Below, piece after piece: positions 19,757 to 29,821 of a DNA stretch of 64,000 nucleotides. The notes beneath the pieces are model-generated. The model did no database searches and had not been told where the DNA came from. It saw nothing but the letters and a program-made list of their open reading frames with translations. The position numbers and the translations under genes are program-made. Location: contig OZ243961.1 in NCBI GenBank assembly GCA_965214605.1, positions 448,001 through 512,000 on the forward strand, written 5' to 3'. The DNA is from an uncultured Candidatus Binatia bacterium (GTDB lineage Bacteria > Desulfobacterota > Binatia > Bin18). Within the stretch, counting starts at the first letter, position 1; every line of letters begins with the position of its first letter.

Positions 19757-20676
19757 GGCGTCCACGATGAGACCAAGAGCGGTTCTAGTGCGGCCAGCAG
19801 CTCATCCACGCTGTGGTTGACACCCTCAAACACCCGTACCACCAGACCGTCCCGATCGATTATATAGGTCAGCAAGACATGATCGACAATGCCCTCCGAG
19901 CCACCCCGATACTCGGCCCCATATTCGGTTGCCACGAGCAGGATATCTCGGGGCGAGCCGGTCAGGAATTTCCAGCCCGACAGATCAGCGCGGTAGCGCT
20001 CGGCGTACGCTTTGAGCACCTCTGGGGTATCGCGGCGGGGGTCAATGGTCACGGACACCAGCATCACCTGGGTGCCTAGACGCTCGCCCAGCCGTCGCTG
20101 CACATGGCTGAACTTGGTCGACAACATCGGACACGGGCCGGGACAATGGGTAAAGATGAAGTCCAACAAGACGACTTTGCCGCGCACACTCGACAGGCCA
20201 AAGGGTTGGGCGTCTTGATCGATGAGTAGGAAATCCGGGGCGGGAAACGGGGGAAAGGCAACCGACGCCGGATCTGCTTGATCCCCGTCCGAGCGGGCTG
20301 GGAGAGATTTATCGGGAGTCCCGTTTTGGGGGCTCGGCGGGTCTGCATCAGCAAGACGCTCGACGGCGACCACGTACAGGCTTTTGGAACGGTGTTCTAG
20401 ACTGAAGCGAATTGGATCTTCAGGGCTGAGGCCGCTCAGGACGACGGGATCTCTGACCTCAAACTCCATGGTCATGGCGGGCATAAAGCCGGGGATTTCC
20501 TCATGCGCGATCTTGATCTGCTTCTGCTCCGGCATCAACTGTTTGACCACGCCACGTACGTGATAAATCTGTGTCTCGGCCGGACGGCAGGCGAACAGAC
20601 CGCTCAGCAGCACTAGCCCGCTGATAAGGGCGACACACAGCGCGCGGCGAGCTTGGATGACACAGCGAGGAGGCAT
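19696..20676 (-). CDS. Lipoprotein with a CusF-like copper-binding domain fused to a SCO1/SenC domain
   Basis: Lipobox LFA-C, HEEIPGFMPAMTMEF, FTHCPGPCP, TIDPRRDTP, VDH. Confidence 0.9.
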   Translation of the reverse strand: MPPRCVIQARRALCVALISGLVLLSGLFACRPAETQIYHVRGVVKQLMPEQKQIKIAHEEIPGFMPAMTMEFEVRDPVVLSGLSPEDPIRFSLEHRSKSLYVVAVERLADADPPSPQNGTPDKSLPARSDGDQADPASVAFPPFPAPDFLLIDQDAQPFGLSSVRGKVVLLDFIFTHCPGPCPMLSTKFSHVQRRLGERLGTQVMLVSVTIDPRRDTPEVLKAYAERYRADLSGWKFLTGSPRDILLVATEYGAEYRGGSEGIVDHVLLTYIIDRDGLVVRVFEGVNHSVDELLAALEPLLVSSWTPHLSSKLIARASASSNASSK

Positions 20677-20688
20677 CTGGGCTCTCCC

Positions 20689-22320
20689 TCAAAACTGAAA
20701 GATAGCGGTAAACACCGTCTCGTTCCTATTGTTATACCCGCCACCAAACCGTCCACCGATAAACCATGGCTCCTCGGTTGACTTACCCCAGTAGATGTCA
20801 TGGGTCAAGCGAAAGACCAGGTGGTTGGAATACAGATACTCGACCGATATGCGGTTAAAGAAGGTGCTCCCCAGGGGATTATAGGCGACCACGGCCAACG
20901 GCTGGACTAAGCCCCCAGGACCATAAATGGTCGAGGCCGACAGAGTAGCGACGACTCCGTCTTCGAAGATGCGGTCTGTGTTGACACTCATATAACGTCC
21001 GGGCAGGACTGCGCCCGAGTCGGGGTCGAACGCCCGGTGGGCGGACGGCACGCCTCGGAAAAAGCGATTATAGTCGGTGTAGTGCTGCCAGAAAAATTGG
21101 CCACTAATAAAAAAGGTCCGCAGGCTATTCAGGGGCCGAATCCAGGTGGGCCTGTCAAAGGCCAACATCAACAGAGTTTGCTCGGTGGTTTTGAAATTGT
21201 TGCGATCTTTATCCAGCCGGTGTGGGATGCCACGCGGGTCACGTGTGTCAAGCGGCATCGGGAGGCCGGTGGTGTAGGTGGCTTCGACTCGGTAGACGGC
21301 TTGGGTATACATCTCTTCGGAGTAGTTAGCTGACACACCGACGACGTGGCTGCGCGGGTTGACGAGGTCGAGCGGGACCGTCAGGGTGTTGTTGTCGAGA
21401 GGACCAACACGGTCGTTGCGGACCTTGACTCCAATCGAGTCGGACAGAGTCCAAAAGTAGTGCAGACCAAAGTCAACCAGTCCGTACACGGCTTTGAAGC
21501 GGACTCCGAGTTCGCTGTTTTTCAGCTGCCAGTCGGGTTTTTTATCTCGCACTGGAGTGACCAAATCGACTAGACTGCCGTCAGGCAGCATAGCGGTATT
21601 GACCGGTCCCCGGCGACGTGAGCCATAGTAACACCACGGCCGATAAGGGTTGGCGCAACCACGGTTGCGCTTAAAATCACCAGGGATCCAGATCCCCTCG
21701 ATAAACGATTCTTCGAACGGTCCGAATTTGCCGATGTCGTAGATAGCGCGGGTCATGAACAGCGGGAAGCGGATATCCTCCCAGGGTTCACGAGACCAGT
21801 GCCAGGAGGTATCTAGAGGGTTAATAACGTCTAGCGCCCGGAAGGTATCGGTTTCGCCCCAAATAACCTGTTGGCGGCCGATACGGAGGGTGACGGGCGG
21901 GATAGCTAGGTCCACGTAGGCTTCCCGAATCCAGTTCTCATATTTCAGATGAGAGCGACGCCCTTTGCTGAAGTGCTCGCGCCGCGAATCGGAGATGTCA
22001 TAGGTAGAGTCATAGGCAAAACGATAGATGAGTTTGAAAGTTGCCTCTTCGATGAATCCGGCCGACAGATCACCGATGGAGGAGCGGCTGTCTCGAATGA
22101 AGTTCCAGGTGTTTTCTAACTGTACGGTGTTCCGCTGGACGATGAGTTGCGCGTCCTGGTACTGGGGGGTGCGTAGCACAAACTGGCTCTGCATAAAGCC
22201 TTCGAGCTCTAAGTCGTCGCGCAGATTGATAATCGCCTGTGACTCAACAGCAAACAGCAAGACCAGACCAAAGATGGTAAGACAGCCAAGCATCTTCGGC
22301 AGCTGAGGGGACATATCCAT
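20689..22320 (-). CDS. DUF1302-family outer-membrane protein
   Basis: Signal peptide, IREAYVD..LRIGRQQVIWGETD motif, C-terminal aromatic FQF; RBS AAGGAG before ATG 22320. Confidence 0.8.
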   Translation of the reverse strand: MDMSPQLPKMLGCLTIFGLVLLFAVESQAIINLRDDLELEGFMQSQFVLRTPQYQDAQLIVQRNTVQLENTWNFIRDSRSSIGDLSAGFIEEATFKLIYRFAYDSTYDISDSRREHFSKGRRSHLKYENWIREAYVDLAIPPVTLRIGRQQVIWGETDTFRALDVINPLDTSWHWSREPWEDIRFPLFMTRAIYDIGKFGPFEESFIEGIWIPGDFKRNRGCANPYRPWCYYGSRRRGPVNTAMLPDGSLVDLVTPVRDKKPDWQLKNSELGVRFKAVYGLVDFGLHYFWTLSDSIGVKVRNDRVGPLDNNTLTVPLDLVNPRSHVVGVSANYSEEMYTQAVYRVEATYTTGLPMPLDTRDPRGIPHRLDKDRNNFKTTEQTLLMLAFDRPTWIRPLNSLRTFFISGQFFWQHYTDYNRFFRGVPSAHRAFDPDSGAVLPGRYMSVNTDRIFEDGVVATLSASTIYGPGGLVQPLAVVAYNPLGSTFFNRISVEYLYSNHLVFRLTHDIYWGKSTEEPWFIGGRFGGGYNNRNETVFTAIFQF

Positions 22321-22501
22321 CCAAAAACTCCTTTCAGGAGGCCGGCACTCCAGTGCGGCAGATTTGTAGGTCCAGCGGAAGAGTATATAGATGGGGAGGC
22401 CAAGAGCAAGGGGACTCATCCCTCCCGGCCTCTCTTACCTTTACCCGCTAGTAAATTGTGAAAAAGAAGAGGATAATCAGCCCGACACACAGGAGGGCCG
22501 C

Positions 22502-23953
22502 ATGTCACGCTCATCCACATCACCATCCGCCACAATTCGCGCCCGGCTCAATCATCCCGTGATTGACTCGGACGGACATATGATTGAGTTCGTGCCTGGC
22601 TTCTTGGACTATCTCAAGCAGGTCGGAGGCCAATCCATGGTCGACCTCTATCTGTCCCCGGAGCGGAACACCGGCAGCTGGGGCAAGATGTTTGCCTGGT
22701 ACCGCCTGTCAGCCGAAGAGCGCCACGCCCAACGCACCGCCCGCGCTCCGTGGTGGGCGGTGCCGACAAAAAACACCCTAGACCGGGCCACGGCCGGCCT
22801 GCCCAGATTACTCCACCAACGCCTAGATGAGATCGGCATTGACTTCACCGTGCTGTACCCTTCGCTGGGCTTAGCCTTCCCCCATATTGAGAATGCCGAA
22901 CTGCGCCAAGCCACCTGCCGGGCGCTCAACATGTTTGTGGCCGATTACTTCCGCGCCTACGCCGACCGCATGACTCCGGCCGCCTGTATTCCTATGCATA
23001 CGCCTCAGGAAGCGATAGAAGAGCTGGAGTATTGTGTGAAAATTCTCGGCCTCAAGGCAGTCATGATGGCCGGTCATGTCCAGCGGCCTATCCAAGCCGC
23101 GGTCGCCAAAGATGCCGGGCTAGGACTACACGCCTTTTGGATCGACAATTTCTGTATTGATAGCGTCTACGACTACGACCCGGTGTGGGCCAAGTGCGTG
23201 GAACTCAAGGTGCCCCCGACCTTTCACTCGCCTGGTATGGGCTGGGGCAGCCGAACTACCTCAAACTACATGTATAACCATACCGGACATTTTGCCGCGG
23301 CTGGCGATGCGGTGTGTAAGGCCCTGTTTATGGGAGGTGTCACCCGGCGTTTTCCGGGTCTCAAGTTTGGCTTTTTAGAGAGTGGAGTCGGCTGGGCTGC
23401 GGACCTGTACGCCGGCATGGTCGCCCGCTGGGAGAAACGCAACCCCCACGCCCTGAAGAACTATGATCCGGCCAATTTGAATGGCGAGCTGCTTCTGGAT
23501 CTCCACAAGCGTTATGGCGATGCCATCGTTCAGGATAAGCTGGACGACTTAAACCCGCGTCGGGGCTTTCCTGCTGGGATGCGTGAAAACCCGGACACTT
23601 TGGACGACTGGGCCCGCTGTGAGATCATCACAACAGAGGATATCAAAGACCTGTTTGTGCCGAATTTCTACTTTGGGTGTGAGGCCGATGATCCCCTCAA
23701 CGCCACAGCATTTGATACCAAGATGAACCCCTTTGGTGCACGCCTGGGCGCCATCTTTAGTTCAGACATCGGCCACTGGGACGTACCCGACATGACCGCA
23801 GTCTTGGCCGAAGCGTATGAGTTGGTAGAAAAACAGATTGTGACTGAGCGTGATTTTGAGGATTTTGTGTTTGCCAACCCAGTCGAACTGTGGACCGGGA
23901 TGAACTCCGAGTTCTTTCACGGCACGGTGGTCGAAGACGCGCTCAAAAAATGA
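22502..23953 (+). CDS. Amidohydrolase family protein (Amidohydro_2)
   Basis: IDSDGH, PTFH, FGFLESGVGW, FSSDIGHWD. Confidence 0.9.
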   Translation: MSRSSTSPSATIRARLNHPVIDSDGHMIEFVPGFLDYLKQVGGQSMVDLYLSPERNTGSWGKMFAWYRLSAEERHAQRTARAPWWAVPTKNTLDRATAGLPRLLHQRLDEIGIDFTVLYPSLGLAFPHIENAELRQATCRALNMFVADYFRAYADRMTPAACIPMHTPQEAIEELEYCVKILGLKAVMMAGHVQRPIQAAVAKDAGLGLHAFWIDNFCIDSVYDYDPVWAKCVELKVPPTFHSPGMGWGSRTTSNYMYNHTGHFAAAGDAVCKALFMGGVTRRFPGLKFGFLESGVGWAADLYAGMVARWEKRNPHALKNYDPANLNGELLLDLHKRYGDAIVQDKLDDLNPRRGFPAGMRENPDTLDDWARCEIITTEDIKDLFVPNFYFGCEADDPLNATAFDTKMNPFGARLGAIFSSDIGHWDVPDMTAVLAEAYELVEKQIVTERDFEDFVFANPVELWTGMNSEFFHGTVVEDALKK

Positions 23954-24017
23954 GCAGTCTCATTTTCAGTAAATAGCCCTTGTTTTCCAGCCTCACTTTT
24001 TGTATAAGAGCTTGTGT

Positions 24018-24236
24018 ATGATAACGAGGAAATGGCCAGTCTGTCGGAAATGTGGTCAGGGAGTACTTATTCCACTCTCGGACTATGGACCGCACGGGGG
24101 CGATATCCTGTTCAAAGTTTGGGTGTGTCATAATCCGAACTGTGGCTTTAGCTTGCGCATCGACAAAGGTCAGGTCAGCACTGAGCACGTGGCTCACCCC
24201 TCTCCCCCTCCGGTCCAGCAAAAGCCCGAAAGATAG
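24018..24236 (+). CDS. Small putative zinc-ribbon protein
   Basis: CxxC (CRKC) and CxxxxC (CHNPNC) pairs in 72 aa. Confidence 0.7.
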   Translation: MITRKWPVCRKCGQGVLIPLSDYGPHGGDILFKVWVCHNPNCGFSLRIDKGQVSTEHVAHPSPPPVQQKPER

Positions 24237-24489
24237 CGGCAAATCCGGGACTTGAGTGGTCGGTCTGGTGCTATCCGCCAGAACGGCCGACGTTCGTTCG
24301 CGCTCGCCCACGGACCATCATGACAAAGCAAACGCTATAGCGGAGGGACTCCGCTTCCTTCTTGACCGTCCTGCCCTTCTGGGCTCAAGGTCTGAACGGT
24401 ATTCGGAATGCCATGAAGAGTGGAGGGCATGGTGGACTTGCATAAAAGCAAAACGGGAGAGAGCTTCAAGCGCGAAAGGAGGCAGGACG

Positions 24490-24990
24490 ATGTCTGAGTA
24501 CACCACAGTGTTTGGCTCACTTGACCGCTACGAAAAAGGGCAGCTCGAAATTATCGAGGACGATCCGCGCCACTATGCTTTTTCCAACATTTTCGAGGTG
24601 GCGGCCCAGGCTCAGCCGTATGAAAAGATTGCAGTGGCCAAAAACCTGGAATACGTTGTCGAGGTTATCCGCGCCGAGGGCCGCTCAGATTGGTTTATGT
24701 GCGCGCACGACGAGTTTGTCGTGGTGTTGGATGGCCAGGTGGAGATTCATCTGCTGAAATCCGACGACCCGCGTTCTCTGCTGGCCCAGGACGTTCACGG
24801 GGCGGTCCGCGTTCCCGGCACACCGATCGGCCGCAAAATGGGTTGGATGAAACTACGCCGTGGCCATCAAGCCCTGCTCCCCGCAGACGCAGCCTATCAG
24901 TTTGTTGCAGAACAGCCCGGTGTCATCGTCCTGCAAACCCTGCACGGCACGCTCACCATTGAGAAGTGGGCCGAGGTATGCGAGGTGTAA
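24490..24990 (+). CDS. Hydroquinone 1,2-dioxygenase small subunit (PnpC/HapC-like)
   Basis: TVFGSL..YEKG, YAFSNIFEVA, AKNLEYV, cupin motif HDEF; RBS AGGAGG. Confidence 0.85.
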   Translation: MSEYTTVFGSLDRYEKGQLEIIEDDPRHYAFSNIFEVAAQAQPYEKIAVAKNLEYVVEVIRAEGRSDWFMCAHDEFVVVLDGQVEIHLLKSDDPRSLLAQDVHGAVRVPGTPIGRKMGWMKLRRGHQALLPADAAYQFVAEQPGVIVLQTLHGTLTIEKWAEVCEV

Positions 24991-25016
24991 AACAACATTC
25001 TCAGAGGAGAGGCCTT

Positions 25017-26000
25017 ATGCTTAGCGCTTCAGTACCTCATCCCACCACCGGCTATAAAAGCTTTCAACTCGGCAGATTTTCGTTTAGCCGGGACGAATAT
25101 TTTGTGACTCTTAGCTGGCCCGTCCGAGAAATCCAACTGTCCCATACTATGCCGGTCGACGCGTTTCTGCGGGCGCTCGTCCGAGACGTGGCCTGGAACT
25201 TCTTCTATGGCTGGGTTAATTTCGACACCGTATTCGGTACGCGGAACCGGTACGGCCGCGTGGAGCTATACGCCGGTCGCTATAACGAGAGCTACCACCG
25301 GGCCGGCCTTGACTATGTCGAGAGTTTTGACACCCTCCAGATTCTCGAGACATTTCAAGGCATGCTGGCCGACTGGACCAACGCCGACTTTGATCCCTTT
25401 GCCGCTCCGACTGAGACTAGTACGTCCGTCTTTGGCAAAAAAAACGGCGACAATACTGCGGCGATTGAACGCCAGCGGGAGGTGTGTAAACGCATGCCGG
25501 GTTTACCCGGAGATGCGTCCCTGCGAACGGATGAGAATGGCTATACGGTCAACCGGGCGTTTGCCGACGTGGACCAAGATGAGCCCGAAGTCTATGCAGA
25601 GCCCGGCTTTGAGAACGAAGTCCACGCCTTCAATCTGTTCAAGTATCTGTCACGATCCGACGTCACCTGGAATCCGTCGGTTGTGTCGGTCTGCCGCAAC
25701 AGTCTGTTCTGTCCTACCACCGAGGAGCATATCCTGCCCGTCATTCACGGCAACGATCGGGTCGAGTGGTTCATTCAACTCAGCGATCAGATTACCTGGC
25801 AGATCAGCGACAAAGAAACCGGCCGCCCCCGGGCACGGGTCATCATGAAGCCGGGCGATGTAGCGGCCATGCCGGCCGATATTCGCCATCAGGGCTTCTC
25901 GCCCAAACGGGCCATGTTACTCGTGTGGGAAAACGCCACGCCGGGTTTGGCCGACAAATATGACGCGGGTGAGCTGTCGCCCTACCCGATTGAGCCATAG
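25017..26000 (+). CDS. Hydroquinone 1,2-dioxygenase large subunit (PnpD/HapD-like)
   Basis: FLRALVRDVAWNFFYGWVNFD; Fe-ligand region HGNDRVEWF and DIRHQG. Confidence 0.88.
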   Translation: MLSASVPHPTTGYKSFQLGRFSFSRDEYFVTLSWPVREIQLSHTMPVDAFLRALVRDVAWNFFYGWVNFDTVFGTRNRYGRVELYAGRYNESYHRAGLDYVESFDTLQILETFQGMLADWTNADFDPFAAPTETSTSVFGKKNGDNTAAIERQREVCKRMPGLPGDASLRTDENGYTVNRAFADVDQDEPEVYAEPGFENEVHAFNLFKYLSRSDVTWNPSVVSVCRNSLFCPTTEEHILPVIHGNDRVEWFIQLSDQITWQISDKETGRPRARVIMKPGDVAAMPADIRHQGFSPKRAMLLVWENATPGLADKYDAGELSPYPIEP

Positions 26001-26048
26001 CCTCCTGACACATCTCACCCGGCCCTTCGAGTCTTGTCGTGGTCTAGC

Positions 26049-26924
26049 CTACACGGCCTGCGCCCGCTCCACGATCAGTGCCACCCGGTCGATACAGCCA
26101 AATGGGTTGCCCTCAGCGATCTCTTTGGCAAACGGCTGTGAGAAGAGGACGATCCGTCTCGCTCCCGCATCCCGAAAGGCGGCTAACTCGTCGGCTGACA
26201 GCGCACCATCTTTTGGATCGACAAACGCCGACATCTCAAGCGCGTCTGGGTCGCGCCCAGCCTCTTTGGTCATGTCTCGAATCTTATTCACTTTGCTTTT
26301 ATAGTCCTCGGGATCAAACGCGAGCGGACACCATCCGTCATAGGTGCGGGCGACCCGTTCCAACGCTTTTGGCACGTGTCCGCCCAAGAAGATCGGCGGA
26401 CCGGACGGTTGGGTCGGTTTGGGGTCGCAATACACGGGTGGAAACTGGACCATTTCGCCCTGATAGCTGGGCTCGTCTTGGGTCCAGCAGATACGCAGCG
26501 CCTCGGTTGTCTCGCGCAGGCGTCTCCAGCGCAGCCGAAAACTGGTGCCCATGACCTCGGTCTCTTCTCGCAGCCAGCCCGCCCCAACCCCAATCATGAC
26601 CCGGCCGTTAGAGTACATGTCGAGACTGGCAATAACTTTGGCTGTGATCAGCGGTTCACGTTCCGGGAATAAACAAATGCCGGTCGCCAGCTTGAGCCGC
26701 GAGGTCACCGCCGCGGCCATGGTCAGGGCTACAAACGGGTCTGCCCAACGATTGTAGTGCCGGGGCAGAGTGCCCCCGCCCGGCACCTCGGTTTTGAAGC
26801 CGACCGGAATCACCGGATGTTCTGGAATCCACAGCGACTCAAAGCCAAGGCTCTCCACCCGCTGGGCAATTTCGGCGATATTCTTGGTATCAGACGTAGC
26901 TGGAACGAGAATGCCAATCTGCAT
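26049..26924 (-). CDS. LLM class F420-dependent oxidoreductase
   Basis: GFESLWIPEHPVIP, DPFVAL, GVGAGWLREE. Confidence 0.9.
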   Translation of the reverse strand: MQIGILVPATSDTKNIAEIAQRVESLGFESLWIPEHPVIPVGFKTEVPGGGTLPRHYNRWADPFVALTMAAAVTSRLKLATGICLFPEREPLITAKVIASLDMYSNGRVMIGVGAGWLREETEVMGTSFRLRWRRLRETTEALRICWTQDEPSYQGEMVQFPPVYCDPKPTQPSGPPIFLGGHVPKALERVARTYDGWCPLAFDPEDYKSKVNKIRDMTKEAGRDPDALEMSAFVDPKDGALSADELAAFRDAGARRIVLFSQPFAKEIAEGNPFGCIDRVALIVERAQAV

Positions 26925-26940
26925 CTTGTCTTCCCCCTTT

Positions 26941-28098
26941 TTAGTCCATTCGGATACTATCCATCGGTAGCAAAAAGGCCCACAGGTCGCGTCGGACGCC
27001 GGCATTTTTCATGGCCAGCTGAGCCGAACGGATGACCTCGCCGGCCTTGGTCGAGTCCCGATACCAGCGGGTGCTGGCCCAGGCCGCCGGCGTGTGCTCG
27101 GCGATGGCCAGCGCCGCGGTCTCATAATACCCCCGGATGTCCTGGGCCACCCGAGCCGGGACGCCGGGGATCTTGGCCTCTTTCCACGGCGTGCCTTGGG
27201 CAATCCGGATAAATGCCTCAAGCGCCTGCGGAATATTGTCGGGCTTGACCGTGCGCGTGGCGGCGACCCGCTCGCCGTGTTCGGCAACCGCCCGATCGTA
27301 GGCAGTTCGCAGACCGCGCGCCTCATCTACCGCGGGATGGGCGTCAGGATCATAGCGGGCTGGCAGAGGGCAGACTAAAATCTCCGAGCCCTGGTCAGCC
27401 ACCCGCTCGGGAAAATCTTCCAGAACCGGCTTGGAGTGCTCTAGCAGGGAGAATCCATGCGCTAGCACCCGATGCTGAAAGGCCGCATCACCAGGCTTGC
27501 CAAGCGGGCGGCCGAGCGGGAAGTCGCAGAACAGGCCGCGCGGTGGGGCCGTGTTGAGGAGCTGTTCACGAATGGATCCGAGCACAATCGTTGCCATACC
27601 AGCCGCCTCAAAAATGTGGGCCAGCGTACTCACGGTACGCGTGCACAGCGGTCACACCGGGGTGAGCACGACAACATCAACACCCCGCTCACGCAGATAG
27701 GACGCGCCAGCCGGGCCGCCGTCCATGCGGATCTGGTCCAGGTCAAACTGGTTGCCGGCATAGGCCAAGTGCCGCTCGGCCACCTGACCGATCGTGCCCT
27801 GGGCGGCGAGCTCATTGAGCCGATCAATCGGGAACACCACATTCAGGTCAAGCGCCACGCCCGAGGTATCGAAGTTCGGACTCCAGTGACCAACCAAATA
27901 GTCACGCCGCGCTCCGTCGAGCACTCGATAGCTGGTATCCATCGGTGCAAAATCATCCTGCTCAGGATGGTGGAGCGAGGCCGATGTCACCAGCGCGACA
28001 GTCGCCCGCTCCAGCGACGGGGAAGCGCTAAAGGCCGGATTATCAAACACCGGACACTCAATGTTACGGACCGCGTCTTTAATCTCAGTATCAGACAT
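26941..28098 (-). CDS. GrdB/PrdB-like selenoprotein (385 aa, Sec at residue 149)
   Basis: ORFs 27652..28098 and 26941..27633 are in one frame joined through a single TGA: VVLTPV-U-PLCTRTVSTLAH (UxxC); GrdB/PrdB-type motifs VALVTSA and DLNVVFPIDRL; hairpin 11 nt after the UGA. Confidence 0.9.
27622..27654 (-). promoter_or_regulatory. Candidate bacterial SECIS element
   Basis: UGA, then 11 nt, then GCGUAC-CGUGA-GUACGC: a perfect 6-bp stem with GU in the loop. Confidence 0.8.
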
Positions 28099-28107
28099 GC
28101 GACCTCC

Positions 28108-29307
28108 TCAGTCGAGTTTGTAGACTCTGGCCACGTTCTCGCTCAGGATGCCACGCCGGGCCACGTCGGTCATCGGCGCCACCATCTCGCCCAATTCTTC
28201 TAAATAATTGTCAGGGTGGTCGGGATGGGGATAATCACTGGCCCAGAAAAACTTGTCCTCGCCGATAATACCGGTCAGCGCACTAATGGTCCGTTCTTCC
28301 GGGTCGGCCGAGATATAGCACTGGCGCTTGAAGTAATACGAAGGCGCGTTTTTGAGCCTGACTGTTGCACTGAGCGTCGTACCTTTGAAGATGGCGTCGG
28401 CCCGGTCTAGGAAGTAGCCGATCCAGCCTGCTTGCGATTCTAAGACCACGGTACGCAAGCGCGGGAAGCGCTCAAAGACGCCAAGCTGAAAAAAGGTGGC
28501 AAAGGCGTGCTGCACGCCCTGACCGGCAAACAGATCATTATACCAAGCCGCCCAGCCAAACTTGTCATAGCGATGGTGGATGCTGAACTCAGGCGGCTCA
28601 AAGGTTGGATGAATGGCCAGCGGCACGTCGAGGTCTTGGGCCGCCGCAAAGACCGCATCGTGGCGCGGGTCGCCATGCGGGACGCGCGTAATCGTAAACG
28701 GAGCCACAAAGGCGCCTTTACAGCCGTCCTTGACGGCCCGCTGTAGCTCGCGGGCGGCCTCTTCGGGCTCGCCCAAGGAGAGATGAGCAATCGGCACTAG
28801 CCGACCGCCGGAATCACGACAGAAGTCGGCGATCCAACGGTTGTAGGCCCGACAATAGGCGGCCGACAGTTCGGCATCGAACAGCTCGGCTTCCCACAAC
28901 AGGCCGATCGTCGGATACAGAATGGCCTTCTCCATGCCCTCCTGTTCAAGGAGTTCCAGCCGCTCCTTCATATCCATCGTGCCAAACGCCGCGCCTCTCA
29001 GGTAGGTCTGCTCGGGTTCTATCCGGATGGCCCGAATGTCTTCCGGGCTGACTTCACCGTCCATGGCCCTACGGCGCAGCTGCTGCGCCTCCTCAATCTG
29101 CTTGCCCATGCCGCCCAACGTGCCCAGCATCCCAGGTTTGACCAGCTTGGCCCGCCTTTGATCGACCTCCAGATACTCATAGCCGTCCTCGCCGACCCGT
29201 AACCGCAGAGCCCGACCACGGTACTGCGATTCGAGATAGGTCTCCCACAAATCGGGCGGTTCTAGAATATGCCCATCGCAATCAATCACTACAGGTTCTA
29301 CCGTCAT
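28108..29307 (-). CDS. Amidohydrolase family protein (Amidohydro_2)
   Basis: IDCDGHILEP, AIHP, VLESQAGW, WASDYPHPD; RBS GGAGG before ATG 29307. Confidence 0.92.
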   Translation of the reverse strand: MTVEPVVIDCDGHILEPPDLWETYLESQYRGRALRLRVGEDGYEYLEVDQRRAKLVKPGMLGTLGGMGKQIEEAQQLRRRAMDGEVSPEDIRAIRIEPEQTYLRGAAFGTMDMKERLELLEQEGMEKAILYPTIGLLWEAELFDAELSAAYCRAYNRWIADFCRDSGGRLVPIAHLSLGEPEEAARELQRAVKDGCKGAFVAPFTITRVPHGDPRHDAVFAAAQDLDVPLAIHPTFEPPEFSIHHRYDKFGWAAWYNDLFAGQGVQHAFATFFQLGVFERFPRLRTVVLESQAGWIGYFLDRADAIFKGTTLSATVRLKNAPSYYFKRQCYISADPEERTISALTGIIGEDKFFWASDYPHPDHPDNYLEELGEMVAPMTDVARRGILSENVARVYKLD

Positions 29308-29821
29308 AATCCTCCGTCCTCTCACGTCTTGTTCGTGCACCCGCAGATCAATCATGCTTACGGGAGGCTCGTCAAGTAGCCTGGCCGTGTTTCTGAGTCT
29401 CCACCTCTCTGGTGCGGGAAAAGGATGCGCGGCGAGCCCAGCGCACCTCTCGGCGCTCTCCCCTGAGGTCACAAGATACCGGCACCTTTCCTCAATACGC
29501 CGGTAGTGAGCCATCGCGCTTGTCGACGAGGCCGGAATGGAATTGGAACGCTTTTGCGTCCGACGCGGCATCGACCTCGAATTGGAACTCCAGCACATAT
29601 GGGCTCGGCGTAGTACCGCAAGTCAAATGCCGGATCACACTCGCGTGCTTACCCCGGTCACGTTCGCAAGCCGCCGCAGCCGTGTGTCATCGGCTCAGTC
29701 GGGTGGTCAGATTCGGCTGCACTCACACATATATTTGATTTGCCTGGAAAAGACTTCTCCTCAAGAGAGCACGCTGCTCAAAGCATGATTGCAGGAAACG
29801 AATCATTGCTGGCAGTGTGTC

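Noticed and set aside
29310-29820. Possible tmoF reductase remnant or small ORFs (29412..29738, 29537..29788)
   Set aside because: No 2Fe-2S, FAD or NAD motifs in the frames I read; ORFs lack a clear RBS or family signal
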